DNA from: Paragordius varius
Taxonomy: Eukaryota; Animalia; Nematomorpha
NCBI GenBank assembly: GCA_964247055.1
Contig: OZ176054.1
Location: forward strand, 992,001 to 1,056,000
Length of the DNA: 64,000 bases
Direction of reading: 5' to 3'
The translations under genes and the position numbers were made by a program. Shown here in pieces: positions 1 through 15,290 of this stretch; position 1 is the stretch's first letter; each line of letters begins with the position of its first letter. The notes under the pieces are model-generated. The model had not been told where the DNA came from and did no database searches. It saw only the letters and a list, made by a program, of their open reading frames with translations.

Positions 1-3000
1 AATATAGAGATAGTTTGACAAACTCTTTCATATCCGATTTTTACAACCATACTTTAAAAATTAATGTATAGAACTAGTCGCGTTAAACTTTGTCCTAAAA
101 ATTCGTATATTGATCACCGGTGAACAAAATTATTTTTTATACATTCTCTTAGTAAGACTACAATAAAGTATAGAGATAGTTTGACAAACTCTTTCATCCG
201 ATTTTTACAACGATACTTTAAAAATTAATGTATAAAACTAGTCGCATCAATACTCAAGTTAAACTTTGTCCTTAAAAATCGGATATTGGTCACCGGTGAA
301 CAAAACTATTTTTTATACATTCTTTTAGTAAGACTACATCAAAATATAGAGATAGTTTGACAAACTCTTTCATATCCGATTTTTACAACGATACTTTAAA
401 AATTAATGTATAGAACTAGTCGCGTTAAACTTTGTCCTAAAAATTCGTATATTGATCACCGGTGAACAAAATTATTTTTTATACATTCTCTTAGTAAGAC
501 TACAACAAAATATAGAGATAGTTTGACAAACTCTTTCATATCCGATTTTTACAACGATACTTTAAAAATTAATGTATAAAACTAGTCGCATCAATACTCA
601 AGTTAAACTTTGTCCTTAAAAATCGGATATTGGTCGCCGGTGAACAAAACTATTTTTTATACATTCTCTTAGTAAGACTACAACAAAATATAGAGATAGT
701 TTGACAAACTCTTTCATATCCGATTTTTACAACGATACTTTAAAAATTAATGTATAAAACTAGTCGCATCAATACTCAAGTTAAACTTTGTCCTTAAAAA
801 TCGGATATTGGTCGCCGGTGAACAAAATTATTTTTTATACATTCTCTTAGTAAGACTACATCAAAATATAGAGATAGTTTGACAAACTCTTTCATATCCG
901 ATTTTTACAACGATACTTTAAAAATTAATGTATAAAACTAGTCGCGTTAAACTTTGTCCTAAAAATTCGGATATTGATCACCGGTGAACAAAATTATTTT
1001 TTATACATTCTCTTAGTAAGACTACAACAAAATATAGAGATAGTTGAACAAACTCTTTCATATCCGATTTTTACAACGATACTTTAAAAATTAATGTATA
1101 AAACTAGTCGCATCAATACTCAAGTTAAACTTTGTCCTTAAAAATCGGATATTGGTCACCGGTGAACAAAATTATTTTTTATACATTCTCTTATTATGAC
1201 TACATCAAAATATAGATATAGTTTGACAAACTCTTTCATATCCGATTTTTACAACGATATTTTAAAAATTAATGTATAAAACTAGTCGCATCAATACTCA
1301 AGTTTTTGTCCTTAAAAATCGGATATTGGTCACCGGTGAACAAAATTATTTTTACAACATTCTCTTAGTAGGACTACATCAAAATATAGAGATAGTTTGA
1401 CAAACTCTTTCATATCCGATTTTTACAACGATACTTTAAAAAATGTATAAAACTATTCGCATCAATACTCAAGTAAAACTTTGTCCTTAAAAATCGGATA
1501 TTGGTTGCCGGTAAAGAAAATTATTTTTTATCATTCTATTAGTAGACTACATCATAATATAGAGATAGTTTGACAAACTCTTTCATATCCGATTTTTACA
1601 ACGATACTTTAAAAATTAATGTATAAAACTAGTCGCATCAATACTCAAGTTAAATTTTGTCCTTAAAAATCGGATATTGGTCACCGGTGAACAAAATTAT
1701 TTTTTATACATTCTCTTATTAAGACTACATCAAAATATAGAGATAGTTTGACAAACTCTTTCATATCCGATTTTTACAACGATACTTTAAAAATTAATAT
1801 ATTAAACTAGTCGCATCAATACTCAAGTTAAACTTTGTCCTTAAAAATCGGATATTGGTCACCGGTGAACAAAACTAATTTTTATACATTCTCTTAGTAA
1901 GACTACATCAAAATATAGAGATAGTTTGACAAATTCTTTCATATCCAATTTTTACAACGATACTTTAAAAATTAATGTATAGAACTAGTCGCGTTAAACT
2001 TTGTCCTAAAAATTCGTATATTGATCACCGGTGAACAAAATTATTTTTTATACATTCTCTTAGTAAGACTACAACAAAATATAGAGATAGTTTGACAAAC
2101 TCTTTCATATCCGATTTTTACAACGATACTTTAAAAATTAATGTATAAAACTAGTCGCATCAATACTCAAGTTAAATTTTGTCCTTAAAAATCGGATATT
2201 GGTCACCGGTGAACAAAATTATTTTTTATACATTCTCTTATTAAGACTACATCAAAATATAGAGATAGTTTGACAAACTCTTTCATATCCGATTTTTACA
2301 ACGATATTTTAAAATTAATATATTAAACTAGTCGCATCAATACTCAAGTTAAACTTTGTCCTTAAAAATCGGATATTGGTCACCGGTGAACAAAACTAAT
2401 TTTTATACATTCTCTTAGTAAGACTACATCAAAATATAGAGATAGTTTGACAAATTCTTTCATATCCAATTTTTACAACGATACTTTAAAAATTAATGTA
2501 TAGAACTAGTCGCGTTAAACTTTGTCCTAAAAATTCGTATATTGATCACCGGTGAACAAAATTATTTTTTATACATTCTCTTAGTAAGACTACAACAAAA
2601 TATAGAGATAGTTTGACAAACTCTTTCATATCCGATTTTTACAACGATATTTTAAAAATTAATGTATAAAACTAGTCGCATCAATACTCAAGTTAAACTT
2701 TGTCCTTAAAAATCGGATATTGGTCACCGGTGAACAAAATTATTTTTTATACATTCTCTTATTATGACTACATCAAAATATAGATATAGTTTGACAAACT
2801 CTTTCATATCCGATTTTTACAACGATATTTTAAAAATTAATGTATAAAACTAGTCGCATCAATACTCAAGTTTTTGTCCTTAAAAATCGGATATTGGTCA
2901 CCGGTGAACAAAATTATTTTTACAACATTCTCTTAGTAGGACTACATCAAAATATAGAGATAGTTTGACAAACTCTTTCATATCCGATTTTTACAACGAT

Positions 3001-6000
3001 ACTTTAAAAAATGTATAAAACTATTCGCATCAATACTCAAGTAAAACTTTGTCCTTAAAAATCGGATATTGGTCGCCGGTAAAGAAAATTATTTTTTATC
3101 ATTCTATTAGTAGACTACATCATAATATAGAGATAGTTTGACAAACTCTTTCATATCCGATTTTTACAACGATACTTTAAAAATTAATGTATAAAACTAG
3201 TCGCATCAATACTCAAGTTAAATTTTGTCCTTAAAAATCGGATATTGGTCACCGGTGAACAAAATTATTTTTTATACATTCTCTTATTAAGACTACATCA
3301 AAATATAGAGATAGTTTGACAAACTCTTTCATATCCGATTTTTACAACGATACTTTAAAAATTAATATATTAAACTAGTCGCATCAATACTCAAGTTAAA
3401 CTTTGTCCTTAAAAATCGGATATTGGTCACCGGTGAACAAAACTAATTTTTATACATTCTCTTAGTAAGACTACATCAAAATATAGAGATAGTTTGACAA
3501 ATTCTTTCATATCCAATTTTTACAACGATACTTTAAAAATTAATGTATAGAACTAGTCGCGTTAAACTTTGTCCTAAAAATTCGTATATTGATCACCGGT
3601 GAACAAAATTATTTTTTATACATTCTCTTAGTAAGACTACAACAAAATATAGAGATAGTTTGACAAACTCTTTCATATCCGATTTTTACAACGATACTTT
3701 AAAAATTAATGTATAAAACTAGTGCCATCAATACTCAAGTTTAACTTTGTCCTTAAAAATCGGATATTGGTCACCGGTGAGCAAAATTATTTTTTATACA
3801 TTCTCTTAGTAGGACTACATCAAAATGTAGAGATAGTTTGACAAACTCTTTCATATCCGATTTTTACAACGATACTTTAAAAAATGTATAAAACTAGTCG
3901 CATCAATACTCAAGTAAAACTTTGTCCTTAAAAATCGGATATTGCTTGCCGGTAAAGAAAATTATTTTTTATCATTCTCTTAGTAGACTACATCATAATA
4001 TAGAGATAGTTTGACAAATTCTTTCATATCCAATTTTTACAACGATACTTTAAAAATTAATGTATAGAACTAGTCGCGTTAAACTTTGTCCTAAAAATTC
4101 GTATAGTGATCACCGGTGAACAAAATTATTTTTTATACATTCTCTTAGTAAGACTACATCAAAATATAGAGATAGTTTGACAAACTCTTTCATATCCGAT
4201 TTTTACAACGATATTTTAAAAATTAATGTATAAAACTAGTCGCATCAATACTCAAGTTTTTGTCCTTAAAAATCGGATATTGGTCACCGGTGAACAAAAT
4301 TATTTTTACAACATTCTCTTAGTAGGACTACATCAAAATGTAGAGATAGTTTGACAAACTCTTTCATATCCGATTTTTACAACGATACTTTAAAAAATGT
4401 ATAAAACTAGTCGCATCAATACTCAAGTAAAACTTTGTCCTTAAAAATCGGATATTGCTTGCCGGTAAAGAAAATTATTTTTTATCATTCTCTTAGTAGA
4501 CTACATCATAATATAGAGATAGTTTGACAAACTCTTTCATATCCGATTTTTACAACGATACTTTAAAAATTAATGTATAAAACTAGTCGCATCAATACTC
4601 AAGTTAAATTTTGTCCTTAAAAATCGGATATTGGTCACCGGTGAACAAAATTATTTTTTATACATTCTCTTATTAAGACTACATCAAAATATAGAGATAG
4701 TTTGACAAACTCTTTCATATCCGATTTTTACAACGATACTTTAAAAATTAATATATTAAACTAGTCGCATCAATACTCAAGTTAAACTTTGTCCTTAAAA
4801 ATCGGATATTGGTCACCGGTGAACAAAACTAATTTTTATACATTCTCTTAGTAAGACTACATCAAAATATAGAGATAGTTTGACAAATTCTTTCATATCC
4901 AATTTTTACAACGATACTTTAAAAATTAATGTATAGAACTAGTCGCGTTAAACTTTGTCCTAAAAATTCGTATATTGATCACCGGTGAACAAAATTATTT
5001 TTTATACATTCTCTTAGTAAGACTCAACAAAATATAGAGATAGTTTGACAAACTCTTTCATATCCGATTTTTACAACGATACTTTAAAAATTAATGTAAA
5101 AAACTAGTCCCATCAATACTCAAGTTTAACTTTGTCCTTAAAAATCGGATATTGGTCACCGGTGAACAAAATTATTTTTTATACATTCTCTTATTAAGAC
5201 TACATTAAAATATAGAGATAGTTTGACAAACTCTTTCATATCCGATTTTTACAACGATACTTTTAAAATTAATATATTAAACTAGTCGCATAAATACTCT
5301 TAAACTTTGTCCTTCAAAATCGGATATTGGTCGCCGGTGAACAAAACTATTTTTTATACATTCTCTTAGTAAGACTACATCAAAATATAGAGATAGTTTG
5401 ACAAACTCTTTCATATCCGATTTTTACAACGATACTTTAAAAAATGTATAAACTAGTCGCATCAATACTCAAGTAAAACTTTGTCCTTAAAAATCGGATA
5501 TTGGTTGCCGGTAAAGAAAATTATTTTTTATCATTCTATTAGTAGACTACATCATAATATAGAGATAGTTTGACAAACTCTTTCATATCCGATTTTTACA
5601 ACGATACTTTAAAAATTAATGTATAAAACTAGTCGCATCAATACTCAAGTTAAATTTTGTCCTTAAAAATCGGATATTGGTCACCGGTGAACAAAATTAT
5701 TTTTTATACATTCTCTTATTAAGACTACATCAAAATATAGAGATAGTTTGACAAACTCTTTCCTATCCGATTTTTACAACGATACTTTAAAAATTAATAT
5801 ATTAAACTAGTCGCATCAATACTCAAGTTAAACTTTGTCCTTAAAAATCGGATATTGGTCACCGGTGAACAAAACTAATTTTTATACATTCTCTTAGTAA
5901 GACTACATCAAAATATAGAGATAGTTTGACAAATTCTTTCATATCCAATTTTTACAACGATACTTTAAAAATTAATGTATAGAACTAGTCGCGTTAAACT

Positions 6001-9000
6001 TTGTCCTAAAAATTCGTATATTGATCACCGGTGAACAAAATTATTTTTTATACATTCTCTTAGTAAGACTACAACAAAATATAGAGATAGTTTGACAAAC
6101 TCTTTCATATCCGATTTTTACAACGATATTTTAAAAATTAATGTATAAAACTAGTCGCATCAATACTCAAGTTTTTGTCCTTAAAAATCGGATATTGGTC
6201 ACCGGTGAACAAAATTATTTTTACAACATTCTCTTATTAAGACTACATTAAAATATAGAGATAGTTTGACAAACTCTTTCATATCCGATTTTTACAACGA
6301 TACTTTTAAAATTAATATATTAAACTAGTCGCATCAATACTCTTAAACTTTGTCCTTCAAAATCGGATATTGGTCGCCGGTGAACAAAACTATTTTTTAT
6401 ACATTCTCTTAGTAAGACTACATCAAAATATAGAGATAGTTTGACAAACTCTTTCATATCCGATTTTTACAACGATACTTTAAAAAATGTATAAACTAGT
6501 CGCATCAATACTCAAGTAAAACTTTGTCCTTAAAAATCGGATATTGGTTGCCGGTAAAGAAAATTATTTTTTATCATTCTATTAGTAGACTACATCATAA
6601 TATAGAGATAGTTTGACAAACTCTTTCATATCCGATTTTTACAACGATACTTTAAAAATTAATGTATAAAACTAGTCGCATCAATACTCAAGTTAAATTT
6701 TGTCCTTAAAAATCGGATATTGGTCACCGGTGAACAAAATTATTTTTTATACATTCTCTTATTAAGACTACATCAAAATATAGAGATAGTTTGACAAACT
6801 CTTTCCTATCCGATTTTTACAACGATACTTTAAAAATTAATATATTAAACTAGTCGCATCAATACTCAAGTTAAACTTTGTCCTTAAAAATCGGATATTG
6901 GTCACCGGTGAACAAAACTAATTTTTATACATTCTCTTAGTAAGACTACATCAAAATATAGAGATAGTTTGACAAATTCTTTCATATCCAATTTTTACAA
7001 CGATACTTTAAAAATTAATGTATAGAACTAGTCGCGTTAAACTTTGTCCTAAAAATTCGTATATTGATCACCGGTGAACAAAATTATTTTTTATACATTC
7101 TCTTAGTAAGACTACAACAAAATATAGAGATAGTTTGACAAACTCTTTCATATCCGATTTTTACAACGATATTTTAAAAATTAATGTATAAAACTAGTCG
7201 CATCAATACTCAAGTTTTTGTCCTTAAAAATCGGATATTGGTCACCGGTGAACAAAATTATTTTTACAACATTCTCTTAGTAGGACTACATCAAAATATA
7301 GAGATAGTTTGACAAACTCTTTCATATCCGATTTTTACAACGATACTTTAAAAAATGTATAAAACTAGTCGCATCAATACTCAAGTAAAACTTTGTCCTT
7401 AAAAATGGGATATTGGTTGCCGGTAAAGAAAATTATTTTTTATCATTCTATTAGTAGACTACATCATAATATAGAGATAGTTTGACAAACTCTTTCATAT
7501 CCGATTTTTACAACGATACTTTAAAAATTAATGTATAGAACTAGTCGCGTTAAACTTTGTCCTAAAAATTCGTATATTGATCACCGGTGAACAAAATTAT
7601 TTTTTATACATTCTCTTAGTAAGACTACAACAAAATATAGAGATAGTTTGACAAACTCTTTCATATCCGATTTTTACAACGATACTTTAAAAATTAATGT
7701 ATAAAACTAGTCCCATCAATACTCAAGTTTAACTTTGTCCTTAAAAATCGGATATTGGTCACCGGTGAGCAAAATTATTTTTTATACATTCTCATATTAA
7801 GACTACATCAAAATATAGAGATAGTTTGACAAACTCTTTCATATCCGATTTTTACAACGATATTTTAAAATTAATATATTAAACTAGTCGCATCAATACT
7901 CAAGTTAAACTTTGTCCTTAAAAATCGGATATTGGTCACCGGTGAACAAAACTATTTTTTATACATTCTCTTAGTAAGACTACATCAAAATATAGAGATA
8001 GTTTGACAAACTCTTTCATATCCGATTTTTACAACGATACTTTAAAAATTAATGTATAGAACTAGTCGCGTTAAACTTTGTCCTAAAAATTCGTATAGTG
8101 ATCACCGGTGAACAAAATTATTTTTTATACATTCTCTTAGTAAGACTACATCAAAATATAGAGATAGTTTGACAAACTCTTTCATATCCGATTTTTACAA
8201 CGATACTTTAAAAATTAATGTATAAAACTAGTCCCATCAATACTCAAGTTTAACTTTGTCCTTAAAAATCGGATATTGGTCACCGGTGAGCAAAATTATT
8301 TTTTATACATTCTCTTATTAATACTACATCAAAATATAGAGATAGTTTGACAAACTCTTTCATATCCGATTTTTACAACGATATTTTAAAATTAATATAT
8401 TAAACTAGTCGCATCAATACTCAAGTTAAACTTTGTCCTTAAAAATCGGATATTGGTCACCGGTGAACAAAACTATTTTATATACATTCTCTTAGTAAGA
8501 CTACATCAAAATATAGAGATAGTTTGACAAACTCTTTCATATCCGATTTTTACAACGATACTTTAAAAATTAATGTATAGAACTAGTCGCGTTAAACTTT
8601 GTCCTAAAAATTCGTATAGTGATCACCGGTGAACAAAATTATTTTTTATCATTCTCTTAGTAGACTACATCATAATATAGAGATAGTTTGACAAACTCTT
8701 TCATATCCGATTTTTACAACGATACTTTAAAAATTAATGTATAAAACTAGTCGCATCAATACTCAAGTTAAATTTTGTCCTTAAAAATCGGATATTGGTC
8801 ACCGGTGAACAAAATTATTTTTTATACATTCTCTTATTAAGACTACATCAAAATATACAGATAGTTTGACAAACTCTTTCATATCCGATTTTTACAACGA
8901 TACTTGAAAAATTAATATATTAAACTAGTCGCATCAATACTCAAGTTAAACTTTGTCCTTAAAAATCGGATATTGGTCACCGGTGAACAAAACTAATTTT

Positions 9001-11280
9001 TATACATTCTCTTAGTAAGACTACATCAAAATATAGAGATAGTTTGACAAATTCTTTCATATCCAATTTTTACAACGATACTTTAAAAATTAATGTATAG
9101 AACTAGTCGCGTTAAACTTTGTCCTAAAAATTCGTATATTGATCACCGGTGAACAAAATTATTTTTTATACATTCTCTTAGTAAGACTACATCAAAATAT
9201 AGAGATAGTTTGACAAACTCTTTCATATCCGATTTTTACAACGATACTTTAAAAATTAATGTATAAAACTAGTCCCATCAATACTCAAGTTTAACTTTGT
9301 CCTTAAAAATCGGATATTGGTCACCGGTGAGCAAAATTATTTTTTATACATTCTCTTATTAATACTACATCAAAATATAGAGATAGTTTGACAAACTCTT
9401 TCATATCCGATTTTTACAACGATATTTTAAAATTAATATATTAAACTAGTCGCATCAATACTCAAGTTAAACTTTGTCCTTAAAAATCGGATATTGGTCA
9501 CCGGTGAGCAAAATTATTTTTTATACATTCTCTTATTAATACTACATCAAAATATAGAGATAGTTTGACAAACTCTTTCATATCCGATTTTTACAACGAT
9601 ATTTTAAAATTAATATATTAAACTAGTCGCATCAATACTCAAGTTAAATTTTGTCCTTAAAAATCGGATATTGGTCACCGGTGAACAAAATTATTTTTTA
9701 TACATTCTCTTATTAAGACTACATCAAAATATACAGATAGTTTGACAAACTCTTTCATATCCGATTTTTACAACGATACTTGAAAAATTAATATATTAAA
9801 CTAGTCGCATCAATACTCAAGTTAAACTTTGTCCTTAAAAATCGGATATTGGTCACCGGTGAACAAAACTAATTTTTATACATTCTCTTAGTAAGACTAC
9901 ATCAAAATATAGAGATAGTTTGACAAATTCTTTCATATCCAATTTTTACAACGATACTTTAAAAATCAATGTATAAAACTAGTCGCGTTAAACTTTGTCC
10001 TAAAAATTCGTATATTGATCACCGGTGAACAAAATTATTTTTTATACATTCTCTTAGTAAGACTCAACAAAATATAGAGATAGTTTGACAAATTCTTTCA
10101 TATCCAATTTTTACAACGATACTTTAAAAATTAATGTATAGAACTAGTCGCGTTAAACTTTGTCCTAAAAATTCGTATATTGATCATCGGTGAACAAAAT
10201 TATTTTTTATACATTCTCTTAGTAAGACTCAACAAAATATAGAGATAGTTTGACAAACTCTTTCATATCCGATTTTTACAATGATACTTTAAAAATTAAT
10301 GTATAAAACTAGTCCCATCAATACTCAAGTTTAACTTTGTCCTTAAAAATCGGATATTGGTCACCGGTGAACAAAATTATTTTTTATACATTCTCTTATT
10401 AAGACTACATCAAAATATAGAGATAGTTTGACAAACTCTTTCATATCCGATTTTTACAACGATACTTTTAAAATTAATATATTAAACTAGTCGCATCAAT
10501 ACTCTTAAACTTTGTCCTTAAAAATCGGATATTGGTCGCCGGTGAACAAAACTATTTTTTATACATTCTCTTAGTAAGACTACATCAAAATATAGAGATA
10601 GTTTGACAAACTCTTTCATATCCGATTTTTACAACGATACTTTAAAAAATGTATAAAACTAGTCGCATCAATACTCAAGTAAAACTTTGTCCTTAAAAAT
10701 CGGATATTGGTTGCCGGTAAAGAAAATTATTTTTTATCATTCTATTAGTAGACTACATCATAATATAGAGATAGTTTGACAAACTCTTTCATATCCGATT
10801 TTTACAACGATACTTTAAAAATTAATGTATAAAACTAGTCGCATCAATACTCAAGTTAAATTTTGTCCTTAAAAATCGGATATTGGTCACCGGTGAACAA
10901 AACTAATTTTTATACATTCTCTTAGTAAGACTACATCAAAATATAGAGATAGTTTGACAAATTCTTTCATATCCAATTTTTACAACGATACTTTAAAAAT
11001 TAATGTATAGAACTAGTCGCGTTAAACTTTGTCCTAAAAATTCGTATAGTGATCACCGGTGAACAAAATTATTTTTTATACATTCTCTTACTAAGACTAC
11101 ATCAAAATATAGAGATAGTTTGACAAACTCTTTCATATCCGATTTTTACAACGATATTTTAAAAATTAATGTATAAAACTAGTCGCATCAATACTCAAGT
11201 TTTTGTCCTTAAAAATCGGATATTGGTCACCGGTGAACAAAATTATTTTTACAACATTCTCTTAGTAGGACTACATCAAA

Positions 11281-14200
11281 ATATAGAGATAGTTTGACAA
11301 ACTCTTTCATATCCGATTTTTACAACGATACTTTAAAAAATGTATAAAACTAGTCGCATCAATACTCAAGTAAAACTTTGTCCTTAAAAATCGGATATTG
11401 CTTGCCGGTAAAGAAAATTATTTTTTATCATTCTCTTAGTAGACTACATCATAATATAGAGATAGTTTGACAAACTCTTTCATATCCGATTTTTACAACG
11501 ATACTTTAAAAATTAATGTATAAAACTAGTCGCATCAATACTCAAGTTAAATTTTGTCCTTAAAAATCGGATATTGGTCACCGGTGAACAAAATTATTTT
11601 TTATACATTCTCTTATTAAGACTACATCAAAATATAGAGATAGTTTGACAAACTCTTTCATATCCGATTTTTACAACGATACTTTAAAAATTAATATATT
11701 AAACTAGTCGCATCAATACTCAAGTTAAACTTTGTCCTTAAAAATCGGATATTGGTCACCGGTGAACAAAACTAATTTTTATACATTCTCTTAGTAAGAC
11801 TACATCAAAATATAGAGATAGTTTGACAAATTCTTTCATATCCAATTTTTACAACGATACTTTAAAAATTAATGTATAGAACTAGTCGCGTTAAACTTTG
11901 TCCTAAAAATTCGTATATTGATCACCGGTGAACAAAATTATTTTTTATACATTCTCTTAGTAAGACTCAACAAAATATAGAGATAGTTTGACAAACTCTT
12001 TCATATCCGATTTTTACAACGATACTTTAAAAATTAATGTATAAAACTAGTCCCATCAATACTCAAGTTTAACTTTGTCCTTAAAAATCGGATATTGGTC
12101 ACCGGTGAGCAAAATTATTTTTTATACATTCTCTTATTAAGACTACATCAAAATATAGAGATAGTTTGACAAACTCTTTCATATCCGATTTTTACAACGA
12201 TATTTTAAAATTAATATATTAAACTAGTCGCATCAATACTCAAGTTAAACTTTGTCCTTAAAAATCGGATATTGGTCACCGGTGAACAAAACTATTTTTT
12301 ATACATTCTCTTAGTAAGACTACATCAAAATATAGAGATAGTTTGACAAACTCTTTCATATCCGATTTTTACAACGATACTTTAAAAATTAATGTATAGA
12401 ACTAGTCGCGTTAAACTTTGTCCTAAAAATTCGTATAGTGATCACCGGTGAACAAAATTATTTTTTATACATTCTCTTAGTAAGACTACATCAAAATATA
12501 GAGATAGTTTGACAAACTCTTTCATATCCGATTTTTACAACGATACTTTAAAAATTAATGTATCAAACTAGTCCCATCAATACTCAAGTTTAACTTTGTC
12601 CTTAAAAATCGGATATTGGTCACCGGTGAGCAAAATTATTTTTTATACATTCTCTTATTAAGACTACATCAAAATATAGAGATAGTTTGACAAACTCTTT
12701 CATATCCGATTTTTACAACGATATTTTAAAATTAATATATTAAACTAGTCGCATCAATACTCAAGTTAAACTTTGTCCTTAAAAATCGGATATTGGTCAC
12801 CGGTGAACAAAACTATTTTTTATACATTCTCTTAGTAAGACTACATCAAAATAGGGAGATAGTTTGACAAACTCTTTCATATACGATTTTTACAACGATA
12901 CCTTAAAAATTAATGTATAGAACTAGTCGCGTTAAACTTTGTCCTAAAAATTCGTATAGTGATCACCGGTGAACAAAATTATTTTTTATACATTCTCTTA
13001 GTAAGACTACATCAAAATATAGAGATAGTTTGACAAACTCTTTCATATCCGATTTTTACAACGATATTTTAAAAATTAATGTATAAAACTAGTCGCATCA
13101 ATACTCAAGTTTTTGTCCTTAAAAATCGGATATTGGTCACCGGTGAACAAAATTATTTTTACAACATTCTCTTAGTAGGACTACATCAAAATATAGAGAT
13201 AGTTTGACAAACTCTTTCATATCCGATTTTTACAACGATACTTTAAAAAATGTATAAAACTAGTCGCATCAATACTCAAGTAAAACTTTGTCCTTAAAAA
13301 TCGGATATTGCTTGCCGGTAAAGAAAATTATTTTTTATCATTCTCTTAGTAGACTACATCATAATATAGAGATAGTTTGACAAACTCTTTCATATCCGAT
13401 TTTTACAACGATACTTTAAAAATTAATGTATAAAACTAGTCGCATCAATACTCAAGTTAAATTTTGTCCTTAAAAATCGGATATTGGTCCCCGGTGAACA
13501 AAATTATTTTTTATACATTCTCTTATTAAGACTACATCAAAATATAGAGATAGTTTGACAAACTCTTTCATATCCGATTTTTACAACGATACTTTAAAAA
13601 TTAATATATTAAACTAGTCGCATCAATACTCAAGTTAAACTTTGTCCTTAAAAATCGGATATTGGTCACCGGTGAACAAAACTAATTTTTATACATTCTC
13701 TTAGTAAGACTACATCAAAATATAGAGATAGTTTGACAAATTCTTTCATATCCAATTTTTACAACGATACTTTAAAAATTAATGTATAGAACTAGTCGCG
13801 TTAAACTTTGTCCTAAAAATTCGTATATTGATCACCGGTGAACAAAATTATTTTTTATACATTCTCTTAGTAAGACTCAACAAAATATAGAGATAGTTTG
13901 ACAAACTCTTTCATATCCGATTTTTACAACGATACTTTAAAAATTAATGTATAAAACTAGTCCCATCAATACTCAAGTTTAACTTTGTCCTTAAAAATCG
14001 GATATTGGTCACCGGTGAGCAAAATTATTTTTTATACATTCTCTTATTAAGACTACATCAAAATATAGAGATAGTTTGACAAACTCTTTCATATCCGATT
14101 TTTACAACGATATTTTAAAATTAATATATTAAACTAGTCGCATCAATACTCAAGTTAAACTTTGTCCTTAAAAATCGGATATTGGTCACCGGTGAACAAA

Positions 14201-15290
14201 ACTATTTTTTATACATTCTCTTAGTAAGACTACATCAAAATATAGAGATAGTTTGACAAACTCTTTCATATCCGATTTTTACAACGATACTTTAAAAATT
14301 AATGTATAGAACTAGTCGCGTTAAACTTTGTCCTAAAAATTCGTATAGTGATCACCGGTGAACAAAATTATTTTTTATACATTCTCTTAGTAAGACTACA
14401 TCAAAATATAGAGATAGTTTGACAAACTCTTTCATATCCGATTTTTACAACGATACTTTAAAAATTAATGTATCAAACTAGTCCCATCAATACTCAAGTT
14501 TAACTTTGTCCTTAAAAATCGGATATTGGTCACCGGTGAGCAAAATTATTTTTTATACATTCTCTTATTAAGACTACATCAAAATATAGAGATAGTTTGA
14601 CTAACTCTTTCATATCCGATTTTTACAACGATATTTTAAAATTAATATATTAAACTAGTCGCATCAATACTCAAGTTAAACTTTGTCCTTAAAAATCGGA
14701 TATTGGTCACCGGTGAACAAAACTATTTTTTATACATTCTCTTAGTAAGACTACATCAAAATAGGGAGATAGTTTGACAAACTCTTTCATATACGATTTT
14801 TACAACGATACCTTAAAAATTAATGTATAGAACTAGTCGCGTTAAACTTTGTCCTAAAAATTCGTATAGTGATCACCGGTGAACAAAATTATTTTTTATA
14901 CATTCTCTTAGTAAGACTACATCAAAATATAGAGATAGTTTGACAAACTCTTTCATATCCGATTTTTACAACGATATTTTAAAAATTAATGTATAAAACT
15001 AGTCGCATCAATACTCAAGTTTTTGTCCTTAAAAATCGGATATTGGTCACCGGTGAACAAAATTATTTTTACAACATTCTCTTAGTAGGACTACATCAAA
15101 ATATAGAGATAGTTTGACAAACTCTTTCATATCCGATTTTTACAACGATACTTTAAAAAATGTATAAAACTAGTCGCATCAATACTCAAGTAAAACTTTG
15201 TCCTTAAAAATCGGATATTGCTTGCCGGTAAAGAAAATTATTTTTTATCATTCTCTTAGTAGACTACATCATAATATAGAGATAGTTTGA
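11281..15290. repeat. 1910-bp (11-monomer) higher-order repeat within the satellite
   Basis: Rare variants recur at exactly 1910 bp: ATAGGGAGAT at 12851 and 14761; CTTGCCGGTA at 11401, 13311 and 15221. I counted eleven monomers per period. Confidence 0.9.
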
